Source of the DNA: Eledone cirrhosa
Lineage: Eukaryota
Assembly: GCA_964016885.1 (NCBI GenBank)
Contig: OZ024740.1
Span: 301,940,001-302,004,000, forward strand
Reading direction: 5' to 3'
Length of the DNA: 64,000 nt
The translations under genes were made by a program, and so were the position numbers. The notes below the pieces were generated by a model. It made no database searches and was not told the origin of the DNA. It saw only the letters and a program-made list of their open reading frames with translations. This document shows positions 1 to 14,272 of this stretch, one piece after another. Each line of letters starts with the position of its first letter. Within the stretch, counting starts at the first letter, position 1.

Positions 1-366
1 TTGGGGCCGGTTTGATATAGTAGAAAAACAGATAACTAACGTTCAACAACCATTTACCGCCTTCAAATGGAACAATACTTCTAAACCTATCGGGCATATA
101 AAATTATTATTCGACCGTTAGATAGATTTCAATGCATTAGAAATTATTCGCTTGCTTAGAATTCCGTGAGGATTGTGTTGTATCTTAGTTTGTTTGCTCG
201 TGTGTGATTAATATTTTTTTCCATAGTCCAGTAAAGCTATTCTAACACTATTGGTGTAAGCCCATGTTCGATGCAATTTTTCCTTGTGTTTTATAATTGT
301 TTTCGGTTTTTCCTTATTATATCTAGTGATGTTTCTTCCTCTATATTTTCCTTATAGTATTATTAC

Positions 367-664
<298 letters not shown>

Positions 665-698
665 TATATATATTTATATTTATCTATCTATCTCCCTT

Positions 699-759
<61 letters not shown>

Positions 760-885
760 GTATGTCTGCGTTTTCGTGCGCGTATTGTGCGTAGAAGTGT
801 GATGCCATGTAGACATTTATATATATGAGCACACTCACACACACAAACACACATACACACACACAAACACACACACGCACACGCA

Positions 886-943
<58 letters not shown>

Positions 944-950
944 TACACAG

Positions 951-981
<31 letters not shown>

Positions 982-1069
982 TCATGAAATTGACCATTTA
1001 TTGATTTTTTTTACGTTTGAGTTATATTATTATTTAAGTATTATTGATACAAAAGGGTTAGACACGCCA

Positions 1070-1243
1070 CTAGAGCGTTAGACACCGTGCTTTGCATCAT
1101 AGAGTTACGGCCCTTTGTGGTCTGAGTTTAAATCCCGCCGAGTTTAACTTTGCGTTTCATCTTTACGAGGTCGATAAAGTAATGTACCAGTAATGCACTG
1201 GGATAATTGCTGACCTTGTGCCAAAAGTAGAAACAATTATTAT
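1070..1243 (+). mobile_element. tRNA-derived SINE (window family 1)
   Basis: B-box-like GAGTTTAAATCC, central TTTCATCTTTACGAGGTCGATAAAG..TACCAG block and AGTAGAAACAATTATT tail, shared with about 11 other copies. Confidence 0.8.
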
Positions 1244-1289
1244 TTAAGTGTTCTATAGAATGCATAAAACGTGTGTGACTAGATAGAAA

Positions 1290-1800
1290 GACAATCTTCT
1301 TCGTCTTATTTGCCCACCTATTCTTGAGAAGGTCGTGGGGACAGAGTGCTCAAACGTCCTTCCAGCGGGTCCTGTCAGAAGCAACCGTTTCAAACTGATT
1401 GGGCTGGATTGCCAAGCGAGACCAGCCACGCTCTTGGATGTCGTCCAGCTCTTCATCTTCTGTCGCCTAGTTTTGCCCGTAAAATCTGTCAAGCGATACT
1501 TTCCTGAGATATTCTAAACACATGGGCATAGTATCGGAGCTGTGAGCCCTTAATTTGGAGAAATAATGGCTCTATTTGGAATGACTCGCTCATCTCCAAG
1601 CTACGATTTCTATCGAGCAGCCTACTCCAAATACCCCTCGGAAGAATGCAATTTCGGCCGCTTGTATTTGCGATCGTATACTTGAGGTAATTACCCAAGA
1701 ATCATGATAAGGGTTGGAACGAATACCGAATTGTGTAAATGGATCATGTCTCTGCCATTACCTTGCGTCAATCTTATTGAAAGCCATGCGTTTCCACATT
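1290..1800 (-). mobile_element. Decayed RTE-clade LINE 3' fragment
   Basis: Minus-strand peptide 'IEPLFLQIKGSQLRYYAHVFRI' matches the RTE C-terminal QLRW.GHV.R region. It is related to 19985-20340. Confidence 0.7.
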
Positions 1801-2277
1801 GCACCATATAAATCCTTCAAGATAGAAACAATTACATCTGGTCAAGCTTTATAAGTGTCATGGGATACATGCTGATATATTTTATCAATATTTAGTAGTT
1901 AAGTTTTTTTAAATGTTAATACTGTAACCCGTGTCTCAATACGGGTGGTACTATAGATGTAGAATACAACCGCAAGCTTATTCAGCCAACGTCCTTTGAA
2001 TACAATCTTAACCGACAACTAATAAGTCTCTTCAAAACTGTACAAGATGTCAAAAAAACACATACATTGCGAACAAATAATTGTTGTTCAACCAATCATT
2101 TCACCTGAATTCTTGCTGTCATGTTGATTTGTTCAATGCCATTAATATAGCGACAATTGATTTGTACAAGTCTAGCTGACCTATCAACGAATTACATTTT
2201 TAAAGGCTATACAATTAAGGAAATTAAAAGTGTGCCTAATATTTTTACGTTTAAAACAATACTGTAAAGGGACGTTA

Positions 2278-2580
2278 ATTAGTGGTTAAAGATTTGGCCT
2301 CACACTCGTGAGGTTGTTAGTTTGTTTCCCTGAAAGAGTGGTGTTGTGACCTTGAGTATGCCATATTATTTCACCATTTGCAATCCACTCAGCTCGAACA
2401 AAAGGAATTATGACCTCAATGGGACCAAATGTTGGACAACATTGGTTGCATTGAGAGGGGAGACTGTTTTACATGGACGACTGCTGGTTTCCACAAATCA
2501 AATTGTGCGGGCTTCTGTTTTCTAATGGGAACTTTCTATGCTGCAAAACCCATGCTCATTCGTGAACAAAGTTGCTCTTA
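2278..2580 (+). mobile_element. Decayed tRNA-derived SINE (window family 2)
   Basis: A-box-like TAGTGGTTAA, then GTGTTGTGACCTTGAG...TTATTTCAC similar to 10613-10860. Confidence 0.5.
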
Positions 2581-3149
2581 TCTTACTAGATTACTACCGA
2601 CCTTGCATCCTGAGAAATGAATATGCACTAAGTTCCAACTTAATGTCTAGATTTTGTATATAATACAAGATTTGTGCAACGCATTTAAGTGATCGTAGAT
2701 GTGTGTGTACAAGAACACGTTCATTAATTTGGAGAATACAGCCATGGAGAAAGAAATCAATTTCATGTCAGATGCCACGCAAACTTCCCTTCATAAAGTA
2801 ATAAGTAGTGTCCTCAGTCACAATTTCCGAGTATGACTACCCTGGCTTACATAAATTTCGCCTTCAGTTGCATTCGACTTACGGTATTTGGAGTGGGAAT
2901 CTCTCCACGGTTACGGATAATCGCTTAACACTTAGACCAGGTTTAGTATCCTATGCGGAGGATGCGCTTCAATACCCATGGATAGCGTCATATCTGCTTG
3001 TCTTATAATAGTACGACTGTATTATATTATTATGAACTGGTTTAAGGAAAAATGGGTACACCTGTTGCCAAATATTGTAACCCTTCCTCCTTATTCCGTT
3101 AGGTATGAATGTTTAACTAATTTTTTTAACTGAATTATTCAATGTTGAT

Positions 3150-5340
3150 TCCCTTTTTTCTTCTACGTTAAAACAGTTTTCTTGGATTATGGTGTGTCAA
3201 CTACACTTAATAATGGTTTTCCTTCTGAAGTCCAATACCAGTTAGCTATCCGAATTCTGGTGCATTGTTCAGAGTGAGTGTTTCATGAACTAATGTATAT
3301 TATAAGAGTATATGCTGCTTCATGGCGCACAAGTATTCTGTCTTTACAATTATAGATGATTGACGTTCCTGATGCCATGCCAAGATTATTTTTGTTACGA
3401 CTAGCATTTTACCTTTCAGCTTCTTTCAGTTATTTATTTGAATTGTTTCAGGAATTACCTAGGAAACGTCTTTCTTAATTGTGTTATTGATAAATTAGCT
3501 CCACTTACTCATCGAAAACAAAACATAAATCATTTTACTTTGATTTTCGTTAACATTGAAGATCTTCGTTTTAAAGTTAGTTCTTTTTAATAATTTCTTC
3601 TATAAAATTCTCCTGATATTTCTGCTTCGTGCGTGTCTTGACATTACGTGCCTGTAGTTCTTTGTCTATAGTTATCTTCCCTTTCATCAAAACAACTTTA
3701 CCGCAATAGGAAATGTGCTGGGTCTGCAATAATCTTTCAATTGTTTGGGAATTAAATTTGGGGTCCTCTACCCATTTACCAATGTGCTTCTGCTTCCTAT
3801 TCTTACATTTCAGCAATCACATTTTTCCTTTACCGCTCTCCATCATTTATTTAGCCAACAAAAATAACCAGAGCCTTTCTTCTTGTTCTCCTCCATGTGT
3901 GCAGGCCTTTCATGGTTTCAGTATTTATCATGACTATTGGCATAAAGATCAAATAGCTGATTCTTTTGGGACGCAAGGCTTTAATCACTCCCTGTCACAA
4001 TCTCCTTTGCAGATAGTGAGCTTCTCTACCCATTATTCACATCCAGTTACATCTTATCTTTGATCGTTGCCTTATTTTAACATTCATTCTGGATAGGTCC
4101 ATGCACCATTACATAATTTTAGCTACAATGTCTCTCTGGAAATATTTACACTATCAATATCGTGAAGCGACGCTTTCATTCCCTGATTCTTCTCCTTGTG
4201 AGAATTCCTTTCCTCTTCCAGCTATTCTCCCTGCCTAGAAATTACAAGAAGGGATATATTAATGTTTCATTTCTCATTGGCGATACTTAGTTAAGCCACT
4301 TTATTCCACTCTCCCTGCTTATAGTTGCGCTAACTTTCTAATTTCAACGCCGCGGTAACTCCTTGTATCAGCGGTACAATTCCACGATCTTTCCCAGTTG
4401 CCAGTGAAGGCTGTACGAAAACTTCAAATCTGGACCGAACGAATTCTAGTGTCGCACTTCAGAATTTGGGCTAACCGGACGTTTAGTATATTTGGAACAA
4501 TGAATTATATATTTGAAGGTCCTCCTGCCTTCAATAGCTATCAGGCACTGAAATCTAACGTTAAAGCACAATTACTTGCTTTCTTCTTTTCCAATATTAA
4601 CTTCGACAGATTTGGTTCTGTTCCGCTAGACATCCCTTCTCGGTGTGCTATGCGTTTATTCGCTCTGCATTATTAATTCTACATATGGAACGAAAATATC
4701 CTTCCGTCTAGTCTACTGGTTTATGATCCTGATAATATTCATGCTATGACTATGAAAAATCTTCTCTTCACACTAAATTCGTTAATAGATATGCCATAAG
4801 TTTTTCCCTGCAAGCTCGCTGGAAGGCGGTCTCTTCTGTACTTTCAAAACCTATTGTGAACAATCTAGTCTTTGTAATTACCACCTCACATTTGTGAAAA
4901 CCCGTTGTTCTTTCATATATAGAAATATGTGTAAAGCTTTAGCATGCTAGTCTCCACCAAAAAAGTCATGAAATTTCTGGATGCATTTGTTTTAATTACG
5001 TAACATCTTTATACTATTTCTCGGTCTTTTAATAGGGCTATCCCCTCATGTGCGATGTTGGTCGTCTAGTAGGTTATTTCTTCAATATTTCTTAATTTGA
5101 AATCTGATCTGTCTTGTTCCCAAATACTTAAAATATGAAAATGTTACATCATATTCTGATCAGCTTTAATACCCCAAGGACTGTGTCCCTTTAAATAATT
5201 TTCATTTGTTTCTTCTCCTGGAATTTCCCATGCGGAGTTTCTTTTTGATCTGTAAGTGTGACTTCCAATAAAAGCAATACAGGGCACCGATTTGTGAAGT
5301 ATTTGTTTAAGAGAAAGCGTCATATTAAGAAATGCTTTTG
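3150..5340 (-). mobile_element. Highly decayed APE-type non-LTR retrotransposon, clade unresolved
   Basis: Hand translation of the minus strand gives GGD*HAK (~4940-4965; APE GDFN-like), QDHKPV (~4715-4735; SDH-like), KDYCRPST (~3715-3740; YRPI-like) and ASRNKNNLGMA (~3375-3405). Many stops and frameshifts. Confidence 0.5.
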
Positions 5341-8300
5341 TTGTTAAGACAAATTAACTATGCTCTTTACAATGCCGTTCGAGTGCGGACTGCTGTAATA
5401 GATAGAAATCTACAATAATGCAATATGCATAATTTATTTTTATTTTCCTTATGGCTCACCTCTTCAGTATATTATCCACTAAATTGCTTAATTTGCACAA
5501 ATATTAATAGCGTACTGAAGTACGCAGCCTAATGCTACATATTGTATCCTTTGCACCTTAGACATTCTATATAATACCTAGGTATTCTATTAAACCATCT
5601 ACATAAAAAATGTAAGGCCGTAATGAATTGTACGTATGCTAGAATGTTTTGCATTCTCGTCAATGTACGAATATCATTACCTAGATATTCTAAATAAAGA
5701 TTCGGTATTCCATTACATATCTTAGTTTTTACCAGTGCCGGAATAAGATCAAACTGCTAAATGTTTAATTTACGGTTTACACCTCTGTACATTTCATTTT
5801 CGGCTCAAATACTAGTTTTGTGGGTTTTACGTTTTCTGTGTATGAATATATTAGTAGTTCTCATTAAAGTGGCAACATAGAAGGCAAAGTCTGCAGGTTT
5901 TAAGATTTAATTGTTCATTATTTTCTTTACATGTCTGAAAATATTGTTCAGCGTATTTACACTTTTCGACCTTACGGAATGTTATTCAGAATTCTACTTC
6001 GCACTTCATAACAAAAACACGTCGACAAGTCAAGATAACCATAATTCTTTTTCTGACTAGTCAGAAAATTAAACTGACAATTAAACTGTATTCTGTAACA
6101 GATTTCGAGTGTATATTGTAATGATTAATACTGTATATAGCATGTATATTGTGTGTGAATATCCAATACATTGTTTTGTGGTTCTATTTATATGTATTCA
6201 AATACTGATGCAAAATGAATGCTATGCTATTTCTAAGATTTAATAATATCATTTCATCTATAGCATTCTAGCTTGATATATCATTCTTTCCAATTCAATA
6301 TTCGGAAATTAAATCTATTACACAATAGGTGTATGATATTTTATTTTTTATAAGACAAGAAATACTTGCGAAAAGAGTTGTCGCATAATTTTAACCATGA
6401 CATTGTGTACCATTTTCTCTGTAGTGTATACTGCTCACTAAGTCTAATTATCCCATTCATGGATACGTGTGTTTGAGAGTGAGAGAGAGAGAGAGAGATA
6501 GAGAGAGAGGGAAGGAGAGTGAGAGAAAGAGAGAGAGAGAGAGAGTAATTCAATACTGATGCAATATGCTTTGGGTATTAACCATACATCAACAACCAAT
6601 ACATTCTATTGCTGGGTATCTTCAGTTACTAATTAAAACAATATGAATAGGTTAACTTGTGGATGGAAATGACCTTTACCGCCTAAAATCCCAAGAAAAT
6701 TATTTTGAATATGAATAGCTGGTCACATGACTACTTTACTATCCAAGAAAGAGACAACTAAATAATGACAATCATTTCATAACTCTCATTGTCAATTCTT
6801 CAATGTGTGCACCTGGTAACTGATAGTTAAATGACTTTACTGCTGACAGGGCCGATCTCGTATAAGCTGCATGTTTCATGATATATGCATTAAAAGATCC
6901 CATTATTTCTGAAACGAGATATATACTATACCAGAATTCTATGTCCATTACACAACTATGTATCTGTAAAATGTATTATGTTGTATACTGCTTTAATCGA
7001 TCTGTACTTCTATGTTGATACAATGTCAAAGAAATATAACATAATTTCTCTCAATTTATACAATGTACTAAAATATAATCCGTTTTTATCTGGTATGTAT
7101 TTAACAGACTATATAAACAATTCAACATGACATCCAGTATAGTAACGATTATAGTATAGCTTATACCGTATAAAAAACACGTTATTTAGAAAATTCTACA
7201 GCACAAATTTACAAATTTACTTAGCGCCCTCAGATTTTTTCTCTTATAAAAGCTCGTATCCCCAATTTATTATCAAAATATAACATGTAATACCGTGAGG
7301 TGTAATGCAAGGCACTGTCTGACCGACACTGGATTCATTTTATCTCCAAAGCAATAGAATAATGTTTTCTCAAACATAGTGTACATTCTTCTCTTTCTCT
7401 TCACGAGGGACATTTCCGCAATATTACTATGATTCTTGCAACATTTTTTCTTAATAATAAGTGGAAATGTTTAATGTTAGTTCTTTATCAATTATAGGCA
7501 GGAATACAAAGGTGTATTTTGTGTCGAAAGTATGGTTGATATGGAAGGTATGTTGGATGTTCCAGGTACCATGTTGGACTGTACGTAAACGATGATCTGT
7601 ACATCAGAGTTTTGTCTTGATGTGCAACATGAGTCACTATAAAATCCAAAGAAGAATTTTCAACATTATTAATCATCCTGTATTATGTATGCTTCAATTA
7701 CAATCGCAAAGTTGAAAGTTTGTCTCTGTGCTTTTTCTATAAATAATATCAATGAGGTTTTCTATTGATATTCCCAAATTGTTGATTCGTTGTCATATAT
7801 TTGAACGTGAACCCACATGTTCCGCTAGGTCTCCTCCACTTACCGTTGGAATTCCTAAATTTAATTGCAAATTCTATTCTGATAGTTATTTCTTTCTTTC
7901 TCATATCTCGCTTTGCTAAACACCTGAAATTTGTATCTCTTCTTGAGTTAAGTTCTCTTGTCTTTTTCTATTCTCAGTAGGCCCTTGCATTCTATTGGCG
8001 TCATTGTCTTGCGTGGGATGAAGAAGAAGAAAATGTTGTTTTTCTTGATTAGTTACTCGACAGCTTTTTTTTAAGTGGAGATATGAGCAAATTCTCTCCT
8101 ACTTTCATTTTACATTCATAGTGGATATAGGAATATATTATTCATTCGATTATTATGTAGTTGTCTCGGCAGTCTGTGCATGCGGGAGAATTTATCAAAG
8201 GTATAACAGGTCGAATATTCACCTAGATTCTTCCTTGTGATTTCGAAAGGTATGTAGTTGAGAGAGTCATTTATGGAAACAGTTCCAAGGATGATCAATG

Positions 8301-9070
8301 TTTGCTATATAATTGGGAGCAACCTCTTAATACTAATATATGAAATCAAAAATGTTTTGTAAAATTCGATTAATCTTATATGAAATATCATTAGCAAATG
8401 TCACATAAATATTAGACATCTCCAAAACTAGAAATATGTGTCAAATAATACATTTGTTTTTGTTTCATTTAACAGATTTTTTTTCAAAACCAGCTTCTGA
8501 AAATTACTCTAGACTACAGAATTGGTATAGAATACAAATCAGTATCTGTCACATGTCAAAATAATGCCTGATATGAAAAGTGAAAATGAAGACCGCTTCA
8601 AAATTGAACAAATATATCACACCAAGTAATTGAAACAAAGTATCAGTTTATCACTAATTGCTACATTAGCAACGAAAACAAACTGGAATTGATTGGAAAA
8701 TTACAGGTTAAAGAAATTGTCTACTGTTTTTTGCTTTATACATTTTCCCAGTGTTGATGTTGCATATGTATCACTCGTCATCAGTGTTTGTCAGTCAGTA
8801 TACATGTATTGGTAATGCATATGGGAGCAGCAAAAGATATATATATATATATATATATAAATGAGTGCGTCTGTGTGTATGTGTGTGTGTATATGGAGAG
8901 AGAAAGAGAAAAAGAAACTAAGTTGGTGAGTAAGGTGATGTGATACTGTAAAACAAATAATATATTTGTAAATTGATTCGGATAATGATATTCACACCCA
9001 TATATAGGCACGTTTTTTAAATCTTTATTATTTATATTCGTGGCTGTGCCTTTGTACATGTGTGAGTGAC

Positions 9071-9208
<138 letters not shown>

Positions 9209-9402
9209 TAGGAACGAGTAGAACCCCGACGGCTGAGCTCAAGCTGTTTCGACGGCTAATTCTGGACTCAGAATTAGCCGTCGAAACGGCTTGAGCTCAG
9301 TCGTCGGGGTCCTACTCGTTCCTATTACCCACTCTACTACCCTAAGTATTGAGTAATTTTGGTGCGTTATGGTCCATCTGATTCCTTACCACATTTCCTT
9401 CG

Positions 9403-9403
<1 letters not shown>
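9209..9403 (+). mobile_element. Fold-back PLE-like terminal fragment (family B) containing the 3' half of a hammerhead
   Basis: Palindrome 9209-9324 followed by a ~75-bp tail. GAAAC-GGC...GUC-GUC-GGGG resembles stem III plus a GUC site. Homologues lie at 26748-26880, 29191-29413 and 55176-55367. Confidence 0.7.
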
Positions 9404-9442
<39 letters not shown>

Positions 9443-10444
9443 GGAGGATGTTTATGCGTATATGAAAAGAAGGTGCAGAACTATGTTTCATTGTGGTTGA
9501 TTGGATGGTATACAGGGCTTCTGGTGAGGTTCCAATAAGATACGGAATTCTATTATGAATGTTTAGCACTTTTACAATTGACAGGAACATTTGTATTTCT
9601 GCCATTTCTATATATTAGATATGTCACATATGTGTGCATATTGATACATGTTGGTGTGGCTTCGGTTGCACACTCTACATGTATATAGATATAACTTCAT
9701 CATATGCCGTATATATACATACATACATATGTGAAATTATCATACATGATGATGAATGTGTTGAATTCGATATGAAAATACGTTAAATCCAACATCGGGT
9801 CCCCTCTGTCCTCACAGCGTGTATGAGCGTTGATGTCTGGTCTGGCCTTTCCGAGATCGACAGATGCGCGCACAGCGACTGCAAGGAAATGACTGTTTTT
9901 TTCATTGCTTCATCCTGACCCAGCTATTTTTATGTGCCTATGACTATGAAACGCAAGTCGTGGAGCACTTAGTTAATCATTCTATATCGTGTAAACCATG
10001 GTACGGGAACATTTCCAATTGTCCTCACTTCAATTTGAGATTATTTTTGCACGTTTAATACGTTTAAATCTTCTTGCATTGAGCGAGAAATGAGAACAGC
10101 GGTTCAATAATAAATACTTTTCTCTATGCCCCGTTTTAACTACAAACAAAATATATGTTTATATATTGTTATATTTGGGGATGGCCATACTGTTATAATA
10201 TTGGTAGAAATAATAATAAAACACACTCACTGTTTGGTTTGGATCGGTTTTCCCTTCTGTATATTTTAAATACATATATACACACACATATATATATATA
10301 TACATATATATATATATGTACTTGTCTATACCACACTAATTCGGACTGCCTGAAGAGGTCACAGCCAAAGATGGCTGTCACTGAAATATATATAGCAGTA
10401 ATAAACGAAGCTAAATTTTAAACATTTGACTTTTTATTTAACTT

Positions 10445-10499
<55 letters not shown>

Positions 10500-10566
10500 T
10501 GTGTGTGTGTATATATGTATATAAAATATATATATGTGTGTGTGTGTGTGTATATATGTATATAAA

Positions 10567-10602
<36 letters not shown>

Positions 10603-10612
10603 ATGTGTAATA

Positions 10613-10860
10613 TGGAGCCACGTGGCCTAGTGGTAAGTCTATTTGTCTTATGATCATAATATTGTGGGCTCGATTCATGGGTTGCGTGTTGTTTTCTTGA
10701 AATAACATTTCATTTCACGTTGCTCCAGTATGTTCAGCTGAAAATGATTACCAACAATAGCTAGGGGTTTAAAACTGCGATGAACTGTCGTCTTGTACAC
10801 TCAGTCGCGTCACGCCATGAAACTGGGATAATCACCGGCCAAATGAGCCTTCTGGCTTAA
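10613..10860 (+). mobile_element. tRNA-derived SINE (window family 2)
   Basis: A box TGGCCTAGTGG, B-box-like GGGCTCGATTC, then GTGTTGTTTTCTTG...ATTTCACGTTGCTCCAG body. Confidence 0.65.
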
Positions 10861-10889
10861 GACATATTTATATATATATATATATATTA

Positions 10890-11550
10890 GGATTGATGGA
10901 AACTAAACCTCGATGAATGTTTTATTTTGTGGATGAAAGTCTTGATGAAATAAGGAATTTTCAAACCCTCATGACACACAAAATGCTATAAACTCTAAAG
11001 CCCAATTCACTATGGAATTTAGCAAAGCAATACTCTCTTCCTTAGACATAATATTAACAAAAAGAACCACAAATCTAGATATTGACATATTTTTCAAATC
11101 CAGCGACTCCCGTCAGAATCTCACTTTCCCATCTGCTCATTCAACTCAAACACGCACCCACATTCCACTTAACCTAGATAAGCTGATCTACACAATAGCT
11201 TCAAAAGCAACAAGAGACCACCGACTAGTGACGATGAAAAATATACACATCAAGCAAAATTACCCACTAAATCTAATGAAAGACACCACTCAAAAACTCA
11301 AAAAAATAATATTCAACTTCATCTCCTCCGAGAACCCCACCCCGCAAAAAGAAGTCATGCCATGTATCTTAACCTTCAAACCCCAAAACATCAATACCTC
11401 TACCCTTATACAACTAAAACTACGTATACTACAAAAAAGATTTTTTAAATGAATCTCTTACAGAAATATTCTATTATTAAAACTAAATAACAGCCGAAAT
11501 CATTAAAAAGTATTAAGATGGGCAGAGCTGCGAACCACAATTACAGAACC
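10890..11550 (+). mobile_element. Decayed Penelope-like element RT/thumb fragment (Neptune-like)
   Basis: 'LDECFILW' (~10908-10932; YxDD-like motif), then 'QFTMEF..LSSLDI..DIFFKSSDSRQNLTFPSAH..HIPLNL..QNYP', typical PLE RT C-terminal and thumb motifs. Confidence 0.8.
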
Positions 11551-11781
11551 TCATGTGAAAAGATGCGACATGTCACTTCTATGGGTCAACACACTCCTCA
11601 TTGACCTCCTCTTATTTCAATCTTTTCTATATTTCATCTGCCTTTCACCCATCTTGTGTATTTCTCACTGTCCAGCACTGGCCGCTGTTCTACGTCCTCT
11701 GAGGCACTGTTGCCCATTACTTTCCTTCCTTGAGTGTAAATAGTTGTTTTAACGGCTGTTATAGTGATTAGGTTTCTCATT

Positions 11782-11878
<97 letters not shown>

Positions 11879-11924
11879 CCACACACACACATATATATAT
11901 ATATAGGGGGTGGGGGTACTTAAT

Positions 11925-12088
11925 TTTATAGAAGCATCAGCCTTGTTTGACTATGACAATATTTTAACTTGTTGGGCATCTATATCCTTGATACGGAAAC
12001 AAATTGTACAGCGACGTCCCCGGGACTCGAATCCACAAATGGAATGTAGAGTTTCACCGTGCTAACCTTTACACTAAAGTGACACCGC
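11925..12088 (-). mobile_element. tRNA-derived SINE, diverged
   Basis: Minus strand: TAGTGTAAAGGTTAGCAC (A-box/D-arm-like) and GGATTCGAGTCCC (B box). Confidence 0.55.
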
Positions 12089-13287
12089 CAAATGTTTCCT
12101 TTATAGTAAGCCATATTAAGCAGGTAATAAATATGTAATAATATATTTTAAAACCATAGAGCGATAGTAAGTTTTAAATTTGAAAGTTATATACATGTGT
12201 GTTTGTGTGATAAAAATAGATGAACGTGCTGTTGATGGTATGAGAACCGAAACATCTTTCACGAATCTAGTAAAACCCATATAGATGCAGGAAAAAATGC
12301 CGCAACATTTCAAGAATGCAGATATTGTCCGCCTCCACAAATAAATAAAAGTAAAAAACATAAATCTCTCTGTGATTATTACCGAGGGTCTCACAAATAT
12401 CGGCAAGTGCTATTTTTAATCATCTTGACATGACTCATATGCATAGTTTCCATTTGTACGTGATGCTCTCGTGGCCACACAGAGCTGGTTGATGATAGTT
12501 TTTCCAGCACTGCCCACGTACGTATGTGTGTGTGACTTCAAATAAAAAGGAAAGTAAAGGAATTCATAGCATTGAAATTTAAAGTGTAAATTATTACTGA
12601 TATTGATATTTCAACATAGTGCAACATTGGATTAATCGGCTTTTCTTTTCTATATATCCGGATCTGGTAAAAATAGTAACAGTAATAAATTGCGTCCTAT
12701 CTTTTCACTAAATCATCATTTACTTTGAAAGAAATAAAAGAAATAAACAAATTATATAACGGATGATTACAGGAAGTTTGACAGTAAGACAACATAACAC
12801 ATTCAATGAAAACAAAACTTCATGTTGAATCACTGACCAACCAGAATGGTGATTGGTTAGAGAAAACTTGTTTCTATGAAATGAGAAGAATAAATTAAAA
12901 GGCATATCTCAAGGCTGTGAAACAGAGGACTGTTTTCATTACAGAGCTCTCGTGGCGAATGTTTGATTTGTGGGGGCGGGGTGTTAAATGTATTTTATTT
13001 GTTCCTATTTTTTCTATTGTTTAAAATGTTGGTTGTTTCTTCATTTGTTGTCTCCTGTTTACGAAAAGAATCACGTTGTCTTCAGAGTCCTTAACTAAAA
13101 GCCACAGTTGAAAGAATGAAATCCGTGACTAATGGTCTTTTATAGTTTGACAGACCGTGTGATTGGAGTTTTAAAAAAATAGAAGAAAATAATTGGGGAA
13201 ATAAACGAAAATGGTGTAGAAATGATAACACGAGAGAGAAAATGAGTGAAAATAATGTGATGATAATGATAAGGATAATGATGATGA

Positions 13288-13321
<34 letters not shown>

Positions 13322-13589
13322 GATAATAATAGTAATAACAATGAGCTGGAGGATGATACAGATATATACGAACATGATGGTGATCATGATTGATTATGAG
13401 GATGATAATGGTGATTAAAATGGCGATGATGATGGAAATGAGGAAGAAGAAAAAAAGAGCAACTGAAACAAAAAAATTACCTCAAGATCAACATGAATAG
13501 CCAAAAAAATATATTTTCTATTTATTTTTTTTTTTAAGAGGGAAACTTCGTGGAAATATTTCAATCATATGTGTAGATGGATGGAAGAA

Positions 13590-14240
13590 ATGTTAAAGCG
13601 CCGGTAGAAGCCATTGCTGTATTTCATTTAAATGTCACCAAGCTCAATTTCTCATTTCAAATCTCTGGTGTCTTTAAAATAGATATCGAGATATACATTT
13701 TCGTGACATCCCCAAAAGTGTTTGGCCTCGTATTAATGTACAATTGAAGGGAAAAATAAGACACTTTGACATCAGCTGTATAATCAGATTCCTGTTTCAG
13801 CTGAGGCAATCGAACTTCAGCTTTATTCATGTTTATGTGTTGACTTGTGGGACTAATGTAAAAGCATGTCCCAGGACACTTCAATTATCCGGGACTAGTG
13901 TAGTGAACATCGTTAATACCTTTCCAGACTTTACTGTCATCATGTGCTAGGTGGAAAACTCGAGAGCCTGGGCGTTCTAAATCTTTCTGGACGTAGAAGA
14001 TAATTAGGGTCCTTGGGATTTGCCTCGATTTTGTTGATAGAAGGAAACGAGTGAGTGAGATCGAAGTTGCTTTTTGCGTAGCTGGAACAAGAGCAGTGAA
14101 AATTATGAGTGAATTTAGAAATACGAAACTGGGCCAACCTTACGTCCATGCGCTGGTTCCTAGGAAAGCATTTGATACAATGATTTGCTGCCAAGGTTCT
14201 GAGTATGAAAGAAATATGGTGATGAACAAAAATTATTTCT
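13590..14240 (-). pseudogene. Unidentified frameshifted coding-like segment
   Basis: Complex peptides in adjacent frames (..NPKDPNYLLRPERFRTPRLSSFPP / HDDSKVWKG.. / QHINMNKAEVRLPQLKQESDYTADVKVSYFSLQLYINTRPNTFG) separated by stops and frameshifts. Family not recognised. Confidence 0.35.
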
Positions 14241-14272
14241 AAATTTGGCCAGCAATTACCCCTTTGCATTAT

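Noticed and set aside
7488-8305. Possible minus-strand host exons
   Set aside because: Splice-like sites are present, but there is no continuous reading frame or recognisable domain.
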